Positions 1 through 7,137 of a DNA stretch of 14,783 bases are shown here, in pieces. A program made the position numbers and the translations under genes. Source of the DNA: Candidatus Ratteibacteria bacterium (GTDB taxonomy: Bacteria > Ratteibacteria > UBA8468 > B48-G9 > JAFGKM01); contig JBKBIN010000032.1 of NCBI GenBank assembly GCA_046296715.1, forward strand, positions 252 through 15,034. The letters run 5' to 3'. Each line of letters opens with the position of its first letter. Position 1 is the stretch's first letter. The notes under the pieces are model-generated. The model saw nothing but the letters and a program-made list of their open reading frames with translations. It made no database searches and was not told the DNA's origin.

Positions 1-3000
1 ATCCTTAAAGTATTTTGAAGATTTCTCAATAAAATCTTCACCTATCTCTTTTTTTAGGTTTTCAATTTTTTCAGCAATTTTATCAAACTCATTCCTATTC
101 AAATATTCTTCCCAATCTATAATTTGAGATAAAATATATTCTGAAAGTGTTCCATAAATCTCTATATCCTCTATTAAATTTGATATAAATTCTCTGTAAT
201 CTTTCATTTCTTCTTTTCCTTGGATTGTTTTTAAAAGATTTAGTGCTTTTGTTGAAGTATCAGTGCCTTTCTTAAAATGAAGTTTTGAAAATTCTTTTTT
301 TTCAACAATTTGAGTGTAATTTTTCCAGAAATTTTTACTTAAATTAAGTCCGGGTTCCCCTTTATTTTCAACTTTTACTTTTTCATAAATTTCATCAAAA
401 CTTACCACTTTTGGACTTTTTTCTTTATAATCTTTATATCCAATAAATAAATCATTTCCTCTTTTAATAAATACAAAAATCTCTTCCTTTTCTCCTTTTT
501 TAGCAACTTTAACCCTTAAAGGCATATTTTTAATCTCTTCTTCAATTTCTGGATGCTTTTCCTTTATCTCCTCAAAATCCTTTCTCACTTTTGTAAAGAA
601 ACTTTCTTCTTCATCCTCTTTATATTCAGTTAATTTTCTATATAAAGCTGCTGGTTGTGGTTCTTCATCAGGTGAAAAAATCTTAGAATCTTCTCCAAGA
701 ACTTTATGAATCATAAACATTTTATTTGCTGCTATTTCCTCTGATTTAACGATATCTGCACCCTGTTCAGTTGGGAAGAAATTTATAATATAAATCTCCT
801 CATAAACTTTTTTGGCAATTCTATTTATCCTTCCAACTCTTTGTATTACTCTTACTGGATTCCAAGGAATGTCATAATTTATCACTGCACCAGCTCTATT
901 AAGATTAAATCCTTCTGAAAGTTTATCTGTTGCAAGAAGTATTTTGTATCTATCTTCCTGTTTTTCATACTGGGCATCAAAATTCTTATATATGGCTTCA
1001 ATTGTAGATTTGCTTAGATTCCCGTAGGCAGGAAGAAGTTCATTTTTAAACTCCCTTTCTAAAACTTCCTCAAGATATTTGGCAGTATCAAGATATTCAG
1101 TGAAAATTACAACTTTTCTTTCTTTTAAAAGATTTTTTAACTCTTTAATTAACTTTTTTGCTTTTGGGTCATTGTTTAAAAGATTCAAATTATCAAATTT
1201 TTCAAGTATATCTTCAAATAGTTTTTTGTCAGTTTCTATATCTTCTAAAAACTCATCTTTGTGCTTGAATTTATCTACTTCATAAACTTTATGATATCTT
1301 TTATCAATTACTCCTTTTTTAAGTTCTTCCTCATATTCTTTTAGTTTTTCAAAAATTTTCTCTTCATCTTCTGCCTCAACTATTTCCTTCATAAGTTTTC
1401 TATTTAGGATAAATTTGCCTGTTTTTTTTATAAATTCTATAGCATATTTGTGAATAGTGATAAAACGGTCTATACTTTCTTTAAAAGCACCAAAACTACT
1501 TTCAAATCTTTTTACAAGAAGTCGCCTCATAAAATCATAAAGATTCCCCTGGAAGACAAACATAAATTGCTCTTCTTTTGGAAGTTTTTCTATTTCCTCA
1601 TCAGGAAGAGCACCTTTTTCATATTTTATCGGAAAATATATAGCACCTTTAAATTTCCCACCTTCATCAATATCAGCAAAAGTGTTTATCACTTCATCAT
1701 AAAACTCTGATTGCTCCTTTGTCAATGTAAAAAAACATTTCTTTGGCGATTCAACCTTTGAAACAGCAATCTCTTCTCCATAATGTTCAAGGTCCAGCCT
1801 ATTCCTCCTTATAACTACAGGTTCCAATATCCCTCTTATTTCTTTTGCAAGTTTTTTGGCTTCTTGTTGAACTTCAGAAAGATTTACAGAACCATTTCCA
1901 AATATCTCTTTATAATACCTAATTGCTTTCTCTCTTTTTTTGCTATCTCGTGAAATGTAATAATTTCTTATATAAGATAATTTTTTAAATAGGTCTTCAT
2001 AATGGTCAAATCTATTTTCCAAATCTTCATCTAAAATAATTGTTGACTTTTTTGGAATTGTAAAAAGTTTTAGAAGAGCAAATATATCTGATGGACGATT
2101 GTTAAATGGGGTTGCAGTAAGAAGAATAACAATTTTACCTCTACATATTTCATGAAGATAATGATACCTTTCTGTATCTTCATTTCGGAATCTATGAGCT
2201 TCATCTACAATCACTATTTCAATATCTTTGTGTTTTTTAACAAACTCAAGTGCTTCTTCAAGTCTTCCAAGAGAACGGACTTCCCAATCGGGCAGTTTAA
2301 AATCCTCAAGATATTTTTTCCATCCAAAAGTTTTATTTTCATCACCAATAAGATGTGGTGGACATATAACAATACCTCGCTTATCCAACACTTTCGCTAA
2401 GGTGCATGCAATTACAGTTTTGCCAAGACCAACTACATCAGCAAGTAAAATTCCTTTGTGAGTTTCACACATCTTTATAGCCTGTAGTACCGCTTCTACT
2501 TGATAATTGTAGACCTTATAACCAGCCTTTTCCAAAATCTCCTTCACATACTCTCTTTTTTCTATATTTACGCCAGCATGTAACTCAAGATAAATTTTTA
2601 AAAGGTATGCCCAGGCTTGAAATGGCGTAATTTTCCTTAAGAGAGTATCTTCTTTTAAAATTTTAATTATTTTTTTGACATCTTCTGGAGTAAATTCAAC
2701 AGCATCTTCCCATAATTTATCAAAATACTTTTCCGCTTCTTTAAAACCGTAGTCCTTTATTTCAATATTGAATTCATCCTGACTTTTAAGTCCTCCCCTT
2801 GTTAAGTTACTACTACCAGTAATAAATAAGTGAGGTGCAACCCTATCTTGTAATTTAAAAAGATAGAGTTTTGAATGGTTAGGTTTTTTAGTTTTTTTGA
2901 GAACAAGTTTCCCTTCAGAAAGGAGATTTATGAAAAATTGTGCTTGCTCATAAACCTCTTTTTTGTCAAGATCTGCTGAATTGAAAGCATTTTTAATCGT

Positions 3001-3282
3001 TTTAAAAAATTCTTCCTTAAATTCATTTTGATTATAAACCTTGCTATCTTTTCCATATTCATAAATCCCATTTACCCCTTCGTCAACATCAAGACCAATA
3101 AGAATTTTAATAAATTCCTTGTTTAATCTACCATTTTCTTCCAAATTTTTTAAAGGTTCATAGAGTTCTTTTATTCCGGAAAAATAAAAAAATCCAGTAA
3201 GAAATTTGAGTTCAGCGCTTATCTCTATAAGTTCACTTAATCTTTTCCCTAATTTTTCTTCGCCTTTGTTTGTTATAAACAT
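1..3282 (-). CDS. PLD-like nuclease / SNF2-type superfamily 2 helicase fusion, partial (3' end beyond left edge); restriction/defence-associated type
   Basis: Manual translation from ATG at 3282 (MFITNKGEEKLGKRLSELIEISAELKFLTGFFYFSG...) is still open at base 1 (...IGEDFIEKSSKYFKD), giving 1094 codons. PLD motifs NHSKLYLF (~2857-2880) and TGSSNLT (~2800-2820). Helicase motifs ADVVGLGKT (~2416-2442), VDEAHRFRN (~2182-2208), LLTATPFNN, IFTEYLDTA, ATDKLSEGFNL, NYDIPWNP and QRVGRINR (~820-843). Missing from the ORF track because there is no stop in the window. Confidence 0.93.
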   Translation of the reverse strand, partial: MFITNKGEEKLGKRLSELIEISAELKFLTGFFYFSGIKELYEPLKNLEENGRLNKEFIKILIGLDVDEGVNGIYEYGKDSKVYNQNEFKEEFFKTIKNAFNSADLDKKEVYEQAQFFINLLSEGKLVLKKTKKPNHSKLYLFKLQDRVAPHLFITGSSNLTRGGLKSQDEFNIEIKDYGFKEAEKYFDKLWEDAVEFTPEDVKKIIKILKEDTLLRKITPFQAWAYLLKIYLELHAGVNIEKREYVKEILEKAGYKVYNYQVEAVLQAIKMCETHKGILLADVVGLGKTVIACTLAKVLDKRGIVICPPHLIGDENKTFGWKKYLEDFKLPDWEVRSLGRLEEALEFVKKHKDIEIVIVDEAHRFRNEDTERYHYLHEICRGKIVILLTATPFNNRPSDIFALLKLFTIPKKSTIILDEDLENRFDHYEDLFKKLSYIRNYYISRDSKKREKAIRYYKEIFGNGSVNLSEVQQEAKKLAKEIRGILEPVVIRRNRLDLEHYGEEIAVSKVESPKKCFFTLTKEQSEFYDEVINTFADIDEGGKFKGAIYFPIKYEKGALPDEEIEKLPKEEQFMFVFQGNLYDFMRRLLVKRFESSFGAFKESIDRFITIHKYAIEFIKKTGKFILNRKLMKEIVEAEDEEKIFEKLKEYEEELKKGVIDKRYHKVYEVDKFKHKDEFLEDIETDKKLFEDILEKFDNLNLLNNDPKAKKLIKELKNLLKERKVVIFTEYLDTAKYLEEVLEREFKNELLPAYGNLSKSTIEAIYKNFDAQYEKQEDRYKILLATDKLSEGFNLNRAGAVINYDIPWNPVRVIQRVGRINRIAKKVYEEIYIINFFPTEQGADIVKSEEIAANKMFMIHKVLGEDSKIFSPDEEPQPAALYRKLTEYKEDEEESFFTKVRKDFEEIKEKHPEIEEEIKNMPLRVKVAKKGEKEEIFVFIKRGNDLFIGYKDYKEKSPKVVSFDEIYEKVKVENKGEPGLNLSKNFWKNYTQIVEKKEFSKLHFKKGTDTSTKALNLLKTIQGKEEMKDYREFISNLIEDIEIYGTLSEYILSQIIDWEEYLNRNEFDKIAEKIENLKKEIGEDFIEKSSKYFKD

Positions 3283-3638
3283 AATTTCATATTATTATTT
3301 AAAAGAAAATTTACAAAAAGTCAAATTAATTCCTATTTGATTGAAAAGTAGTGGCTTACTTATTAGATATATAAAGATAGAAGGATAAAAATTTAAACTG
3401 ACAATAAAAATTAACAACTACACTAATTAAAGTCGCCTCATTTTTTGATTTACATTCATTTGGATTTTTTCCATAAAAGGAAAATAAAAATTAAAATTAA
3501 ATTTTTGTTGAACTTGTGGAATTAGCAAAAATATATAAAAAGAAAGTTTGTTTCTTTCATAGAATTTTAGAGTAAAATAATAAAAGTTAATATTCTTGTT
3601 TTCGGTTGTCCTTTAATATCTAATAATAACCAAGTTTT

Positions 3639-3956
3639 TTAGTGCTTATAAACTGAAAGTAGTTTACGAGAAAAAGTATTGGTATAGATTGGTAAAACAG
3701 GTAAGTTTGAATATTTCTTTAATACATACTCAGTAATTGCTTTAATATTTTCTTTTGCTCTTTCCTTTAATTCTAATTTCTTCTTAAATCTCTCCCAGTG
3801 TAAAATAGTAATTCCTATAATTTCTCTTTTTTTAGTATCAAAATGAAGTGTTATATCTTCATCTAAATCAATCCCAACTGTTGAAGAATTTGTCGGAAGT
3901 CCTATATAAGCAATATCCATCTCTTTATTTATTTCCATAATTATTTTCTTTTCCAT
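3639..3956 (-). CDS. DUF2283-like small protein, putative antitoxin
   Basis: INKEMDIAYIGL...GIDLDEDITLHFDTKKREIIGITIL matches the DUF2283 pattern (D.LYI...I.L.FD...EIIGIEIL). Preferred start is ATG at 3956 (MEKKII), preceded by GGGAG and overlapping the upstream gene end, rather than the TTG at 4001. Confidence 0.7.
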   Translation of the reverse strand: MEKKIIMEINKEMDIAYIGLPTNSSTVGIDLDEDITLHFDTKKREIIGITILHWERFKKKLELKERAKENIKAITEYVLKKYSNLPVLPIYTNTFSRKLLSVYKH

Positions 3957-4309
3957 ATTTCTATTGCTCCCTTTTTTCCTACATTTTGACAAACATAACA
4001 AGTTACTATTCTAAATTCATTTTCAATCTTTTTTACTACTACCATAATATAGGGTTTTTCAATAGCCATTAAGTCAAGTTCATCAGGTGTAATCTCATTA
4101 AAATAATACCACACTTTTTTCTCTTCTTCAACATTTACATCCTCCCATATAGAAATAGGGTATTTTATTGTCTCTTTCATTTTTTCAGTAAATATTGCCT
4201 CTATGGGATGGCACTTTTTTATATGTCTAAAAGCTCCTTCTTTCAATTTAATCTTTCTTTTTAGAGGGTCTATTTCTTCAAACAATACTCTTTCTTTTTT
4301 CTTTACCAT
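3941..4309 (-). CDS. Small basic RelE/BECR-fold-like protein (DUF4258/PBECR-like), putative toxin
   Basis: DPLKRKIKLKEGAFRHIKKCHP...IKYPISIW...YIMVVVK...IVTCY resembles the DP.G..I.L....W.HI...HP / VVV....I.TAY pattern of toxins paired with DUF2283. Overlaps the DUF2283-like gene. Confidence 0.6.
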   Translation of the reverse strand: MVKKKERVLFEEIDPLKRKIKLKEGAFRHIKKCHPIEAIFTEKMKETIKYPISIWEDVNVEEEKKVWYYFNEITPDELDLMAIEKPYIMVVVKKIENEFRIVTCYVCQNVGKKGAIEIWKRK

Positions 4310-4315
4310 ACATTT

Positions 4316-4344
4316 AATTTATAATCAAACATCTCTACTGTCAA
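4316..4344 (-). promoter_or_regulatory. Putative sigma70 promoter for the toxin-antitoxin pair, possibly leaderless
   Basis: TTGACA (4344-4339), 17-bp spacer, TAAATT (4321-4316), then 6 nt to ATG 4309. No Shine-Dalgarno visible. Confidence 0.5.
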
Positions 4345-4349
4345 ATTAT

Positions 4350-4419
4350 TGTACAAATAGGGTACATAGGTAACACTTTCTCATTAAACACATTTCTACA
4401 TATTTTTTCATTTCCATCA
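4350..4419. repeat. 70-bp perfect direct repeat, copy 1 (copy 2 at 6229-6298)
   Basis: TGTACAAATAGGGTACATAGGTAACACTTTCTCATTAAACACATTTCTACATATTTTTTCATTTCCATCA is identical at both sites. Confidence 0.97.
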
Positions 4420-4525
4420 ATTTTATTTTTATCAAATTTTTCTTTTTTACATAAAAACTCAATAGGTTAGATACTTGCGATTGATTTGGACGATGGAAAT
4501 TATATTCTATCAGTCACTCTGTTAA
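4350..4525 (-). mobile_element. IS481-family transposase 3' remnant with right terminal repeat (copy 1)
   Basis: Minus strand reads LTE*LIEYNFHRPNQS-(K)YL-PIEF with a stop and frameshifts, matching the integrase-core C-terminal W...YN..RPH.SL...TP motif. It ends EKVLPMYPICT into the terminus ...AAAGTGTTACCTATGTACCCTATTTGTACA (TGT/ACA end at 4350). Confidence 0.75.
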
Positions 4526-4705
4526 AAGTCTATCTATCTGTCTGTACATAAAATTTCTTTTTATTAACTGCCTACACATCTACCAACCAAAATCTGCCAT
4601 TTACATCTTCCTGTTTTATCTCTTTATTTTATCTATATCTTCTAATTTCCTCTAATTTTTCAAAGATTTTGGGAGGTTCCAAAATATCTCAAATTATCTG
4701 GCTTT

Positions 4706-5407
4706 TTAGCAATCATAGGTAATTTGATAGGGGATATTTGGTATTTTGTTTGGTGGGAATGGGTTTAGGGTTAAATAATTGGGATTGGTGTCTAATATCC
4801 AGTTTAACCATTTTGCGCGATAATAAATTATAGCATTACTTTGTATATTTATTTTTACATGAATGACTTGAATTTTTAATTTTTCTGATTGAGACCATAG
4901 ATCATTAAACACGCAATGGTATGGAAAAGATAAGAGACTCCAAATGTATGAAATACTGTTTTGAACTATGTAATTCTGAAGTATTTTCCATAACTGGTTT
5001 TGTTGCCAGAATTGGTAGATTTTCATATTATTAAGTTTATCGTCCATTCTCAGATCGTATAATTTAAGTCCTTCATCTAATTTAGCAAGACCATAGAATG
5101 CAGACACAATTAATACATTAATTGATGGATATTGACCAGTCATAATTTTTCTTAAGTTCTCACCAGCAACTTTATAAAATCTCCCATTATAAAGATCTAT
5201 TGCTTTAGTTAAAGATGCATTAAGGTTTAAGATCCCTTTTTGATTTTCTGGCTTTTTTGAAAGTTCGAAAGCCTTCTTAATGTATTCAAGTAACTGGTTT
5301 CTCAATTGTTCAATGCCAGTAAGTGGAGTGGAATAATCGCATGAGGGATGTTCTTTTTTTCGTTTGCAACACGGAATCAAAATTAAAACATTTTGATTTT
5401 CTTTCAT
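4706..5407 (-). CDS. YaaA (DUF328)/DUF6884-like protein
   Basis: Motifs LILIPCCKRK, AIDLYNGRFY, VLIVSAFYGL, KLYDLRM, YQFWQ and WSLLSFPY parallel YaaA-family motifs (LSPAK, A..RY.G..Y, ILSGLYGL, PYRLEM, FW, NLAS.EY). 4-bp ATGA overlap with the upstream glycosylase. Confidence 0.7.
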   Translation of the reverse strand: MKENQNVLILIPCCKRKKEHPSCDYSTPLTGIEQLRNQLLEYIKKAFELSKKPENQKGILNLNASLTKAIDLYNGRFYKVAGENLRKIMTGQYPSINVLIVSAFYGLAKLDEGLKLYDLRMDDKLNNMKIYQFWQQNQLWKILQNYIVQNSISYIWSLLSFPYHCVFNDLWSQSEKLKIQVIHVKINIQSNAIIYYRAKWLNWILDTNPNYLTLNPFPPNKIPNIPYQITYDC

Positions 5408-6195
5408 AATTTTAAAATTGTTAATAAATCTTCACCTATCTCTGATATACCTAAATCTTTAAAATAAACTTGTAGTTCACATTTGCCCATTGGAGATATT
5501 TGCCAGATCAAACTGTCAAGATGAACCATTGTAATATTTGGATTTTCTTTTTTTAAATTTAACAGTATATCTTTCCAGAACTTTCGGACATCCTCATCAG
5601 ATGCAATTTCAACTCCCAATAAATTTGTAAATTTTCTTACACGAGAATCTATAGGTATTGGAATCGGAGAAAAATCAAATTCATACTCCTTTGCAATAAG
5701 TAAAGATATAGCCAGACATTTCATTGCAAAAACAATAGTTTTATTCTTTTTCTCTTGATCCATTATTTTTGCAAGATTATTCCATATATTCAAGAAATCT
5801 TTTGCAATTGCGCAGGAAGAACTATTCCATAATTTTGATGCTAATTCACTTTTAAGAAATTTCTTTAATCGGTTAATTTTATGTGTATATAATCTTTCTT
5901 CTTTATAAAACGGCATTAAAACATTATAAAGTTCATCAGGAGATTTTGGAGGTGGTGATTGTTTTAAAATTTTACAAATATTTGGCCAGTAAACTATATC
6001 GGCTTTACCTTTCAATTGATAATCATTCAAACCAGTAACAACCATCAAAACTGCGAAAGGACCAAAATTATAATTTTGAAGGAAAAATTCCATATTTTGC
6101 CACTCTGGTTCTTTTTCAACTATTCTATTCCATATATTGAAAGGTATCTTTGAAAGAATTTCAACTAATTTTTTACTTATATTTATTTCTTTCAT
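5404..6195 (-). CDS. AGOG-family N-glycosylase/DNA lyase (archaeal 8-oxoguanine glycosylase-like, HhH superfamily)
   Basis: Motifs EKEPEW, GLNDYQLKGKA..YW, KINRLKK, KTIVFAMK (catalytic Lys position, ~5720-5742), PIPIPIDSRV (catalytic Asp position, ~5638-5667) and HLDSLIW match the AGOG signature YQL.G.GE.WW / KTIVFAVK / IPIP.D.RV / HIDS.LW. Confidence 0.85.
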   Translation of the reverse strand: MKEINISKKLVEILSKIPFNIWNRIVEKEPEWQNMEFFLQNYNFGPFAVLMVVTGLNDYQLKGKADIVYWPNICKILKQSPPPKSPDELYNVLMPFYKEERLYTHKINRLKKFLKSELASKLWNSSSCAIAKDFLNIWNNLAKIMDQEKKNKTIVFAMKCLAISLLIAKEYEFDFSPIPIPIDSRVRKFTNLLGVEIASDEDVRKFWKDILLNLKKENPNITMVHLDSLIWQISPMGKCELQVYFKDLGISEIGEDLLTILKL

Positions 6196-6228
6196 TTATA
6201 TTCCAATTTCCCTTTTTTTACAAAATTA

Positions 6229-6335
6229 TGTACAAATAGGGTACATAGGTAACACTTTCTCATTAAACACATTTCTACATATTTTTTCATTTCCATCATT
6301 TTTTTTAACACATATTTTTATTTTTGTTAAGTTTT
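6229..6335 (-). mobile_element. IS481-family right-end remnant (copy 2), including the 70-bp repeat 6229-6298
   Basis: Same terminus as copy 1. Minus strand reads QNLTKIKICVKKNDGNEKICRNVFNEKVLPMYPICT*, with TAA immediately after the terminal ACA. Similarity to copy 1 (ENLIKIK) extends beyond the perfect repeat. Confidence 0.7.
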
Positions 6336-6444
6336 GAAGATTTTACAGTAAAACAATTATTCCTCCAACCGGGTTTGGGGATAGAATGACAGTTCCCATT
6401 TCAATTATTTATTATTTTATTTTTTAAATATATTCTTCAGTTGT

Positions 6445-6792
6445 TTATCTTCCCAGTTGTATCCTATTCCGGATTGCCTCAAGCCACTTCTGTGTAGCTT
6501 CATAAGCTTTTTGGCTATCAAGGTCCATCACCATTTCAAATCCGGTACCCCTATTAGTAAGTATTTGTAGCACACCATATATTCTTACACCGTTAGATTC
6601 CTGAACAAATGTAAAAATCAACCTATACCACGACCGATAAAGATCAAACTCACTGCTCCACAAAAATCCCCACTTGTTATCGCAGATATGCGCAGCTTGA
6701 ACTATATAATCTGTTGCTTTCTCAATCTGCCATCCATTTGCAGCAAGTAAACCAATTGTAGCATTGATTGCATCTTTAACTCTCCCCTTCAA
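6445..6792 (-). CDS. Hypothetical protein, possibly 5'-truncated
   Basis: 115-aa ORF with protein-like composition and higher GC than its flanks. TTG start with GGGAG about 11 nt upstream and an in-frame stop just upstream. No motif I can name confidently. Confidence 0.6.
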   Translation of the reverse strand: MKGRVKDAINATIGLLAANGWQIEKATDYIVQAAHICDNKWGFLWSSEFDLYRSWYRLIFTFVQESNGVRIYGVLQILTNRGTGFEMVMDLDSQKAYEATQKWLEAIRNRIQLGR

Positions 6793-6806
6793 TAAACTTT
6801 AATCTC

Positions 6807-6834
6807 CCAATAACACCTACGAGGTGTTAGTTGG
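6807..6834. repeat. Inverted repeat / hairpin
   Basis: CCAA-TAACACCT-acg-AGGTGTTA-g-TTGG: 8-bp perfect stem extended by 4 bp after a single bulged base (6830). Confidence 0.8.
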
Positions 6835-6864
6835 AAATGTAATATTATATCAAAACTCTAAAAA

Positions 6865-6959
6865 CAAAGAAAAGAGATTTAGTTCTTGGATCGTTATAAT
6901 GAAGTAGTTCTTCCTGTCCCAAAAGGTTTTGTCAAAGAAAAGAGATTTAGTTCTTGGAT
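6865..6959. repeat. 27-bp perfect direct repeat (6865-6891 and 6933-6959) separated by 41 bp
   Basis: CAAAGAAAAGAGATTTAGTTCTTGGAT occurs twice, about 40 bp from the tRNA 3' end. Confidence 0.95.
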
Positions 6960-6997
6960 ATTTGAAATTGGAGAGAAAAATTTAATTAAAATAAAAA

Positions 6998-7069
6998 TGG
7001 ACCCGGGCGGATTCGAACCACCAACCAACGGATTATGAGTCCGCTGCTCTGCCGTTGAGCTACGGGTCC
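6998..7069 (-). tRNA. tRNA with CAT anticodon, most likely tRNA-Ile2 (lysidine type); CCA not encoded
   Basis: GGACCCG TA GCTC AACGGCA GAGC A GCGGA CTCATAA TCCGT TGGTT GGTGG TTCGAAT CCGCC CGGGTCC A folds into a full cloverleaf. Paired G1-C72 and the lack of a GGG/CCC anticodon stem exclude initiator Met. The GGACC acceptor with C4-G69 and C5-G68 favours Ile2 over elongator Met. Confidence 0.93.
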
Positions 7070-7079
7070 TTTTTATAAT

Positions 7080-7107
7080 ATTATACCCCTAAATTAAAAT
7101 TTTTCAA
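7080..7107 (-). promoter_or_regulatory. Putative sigma70 promoter of the tRNA
   Basis: TTGAAA (7107-7102), 16-bp spacer, TATAAT (7085-7080), 10 nt upstream of tRNA G1. Confidence 0.65.
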
Positions 7108-7137
7108 CTTATTTAGATTTATTTATCGTCAAAAAAT

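Noticed and set aside
1079..2461. Plus-strand ORFs 1079-1285, 1450-1710, 2152-2400 and 2228-2461
   Set aside because: Antisense shadows of the PLD-helicase gene; Phe/Ser/Ile-rich with no motifs.
3283..3638. 356-bp intergenic region as ncRNA or terminator
   Set aside because: Extremely AT-rich with no convincing stem-loop, repeat or ORF seen by eye.
3957..4001. TTG start at 4001 for the DUF2283-like gene
   Set aside because: It gives a long overlap with the toxin gene; ATG 3956 has an RBS and begins the domain.
4526..4700. Decayed minus-strand frame (DILEPPKIFEKLEEIRRYR*...FYVQTDR*) as a further part of the IS481 transposase
   Set aside because: Only the short VQTD match suggests this; multiple stops and no other motif, so it is left unassigned.
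6137..6337. Plus-strand 66-aa hydrophobic ORF
   Set aside because: Overlaps the AGOG start and the IS end in antisense; the hydrophobicity reflects T-rich sequence.
3639..6834. Integron cassette array
   Set aside because: The genes are co-oriented and modular, but there are no full-length attC sites or integron integrase; the repeated element is an IS end.
6865..6959. CRISPR array call
   Set aside because: Only two repeats, no palindrome or typical GAAAC/G end, and no cas genes; kept only as a direct repeat.
6998..7069. Initiator tRNA-fMet call
   Set aside because: G1-C72 is paired and the anticodon stem lacks three consecutive G-C pairs.
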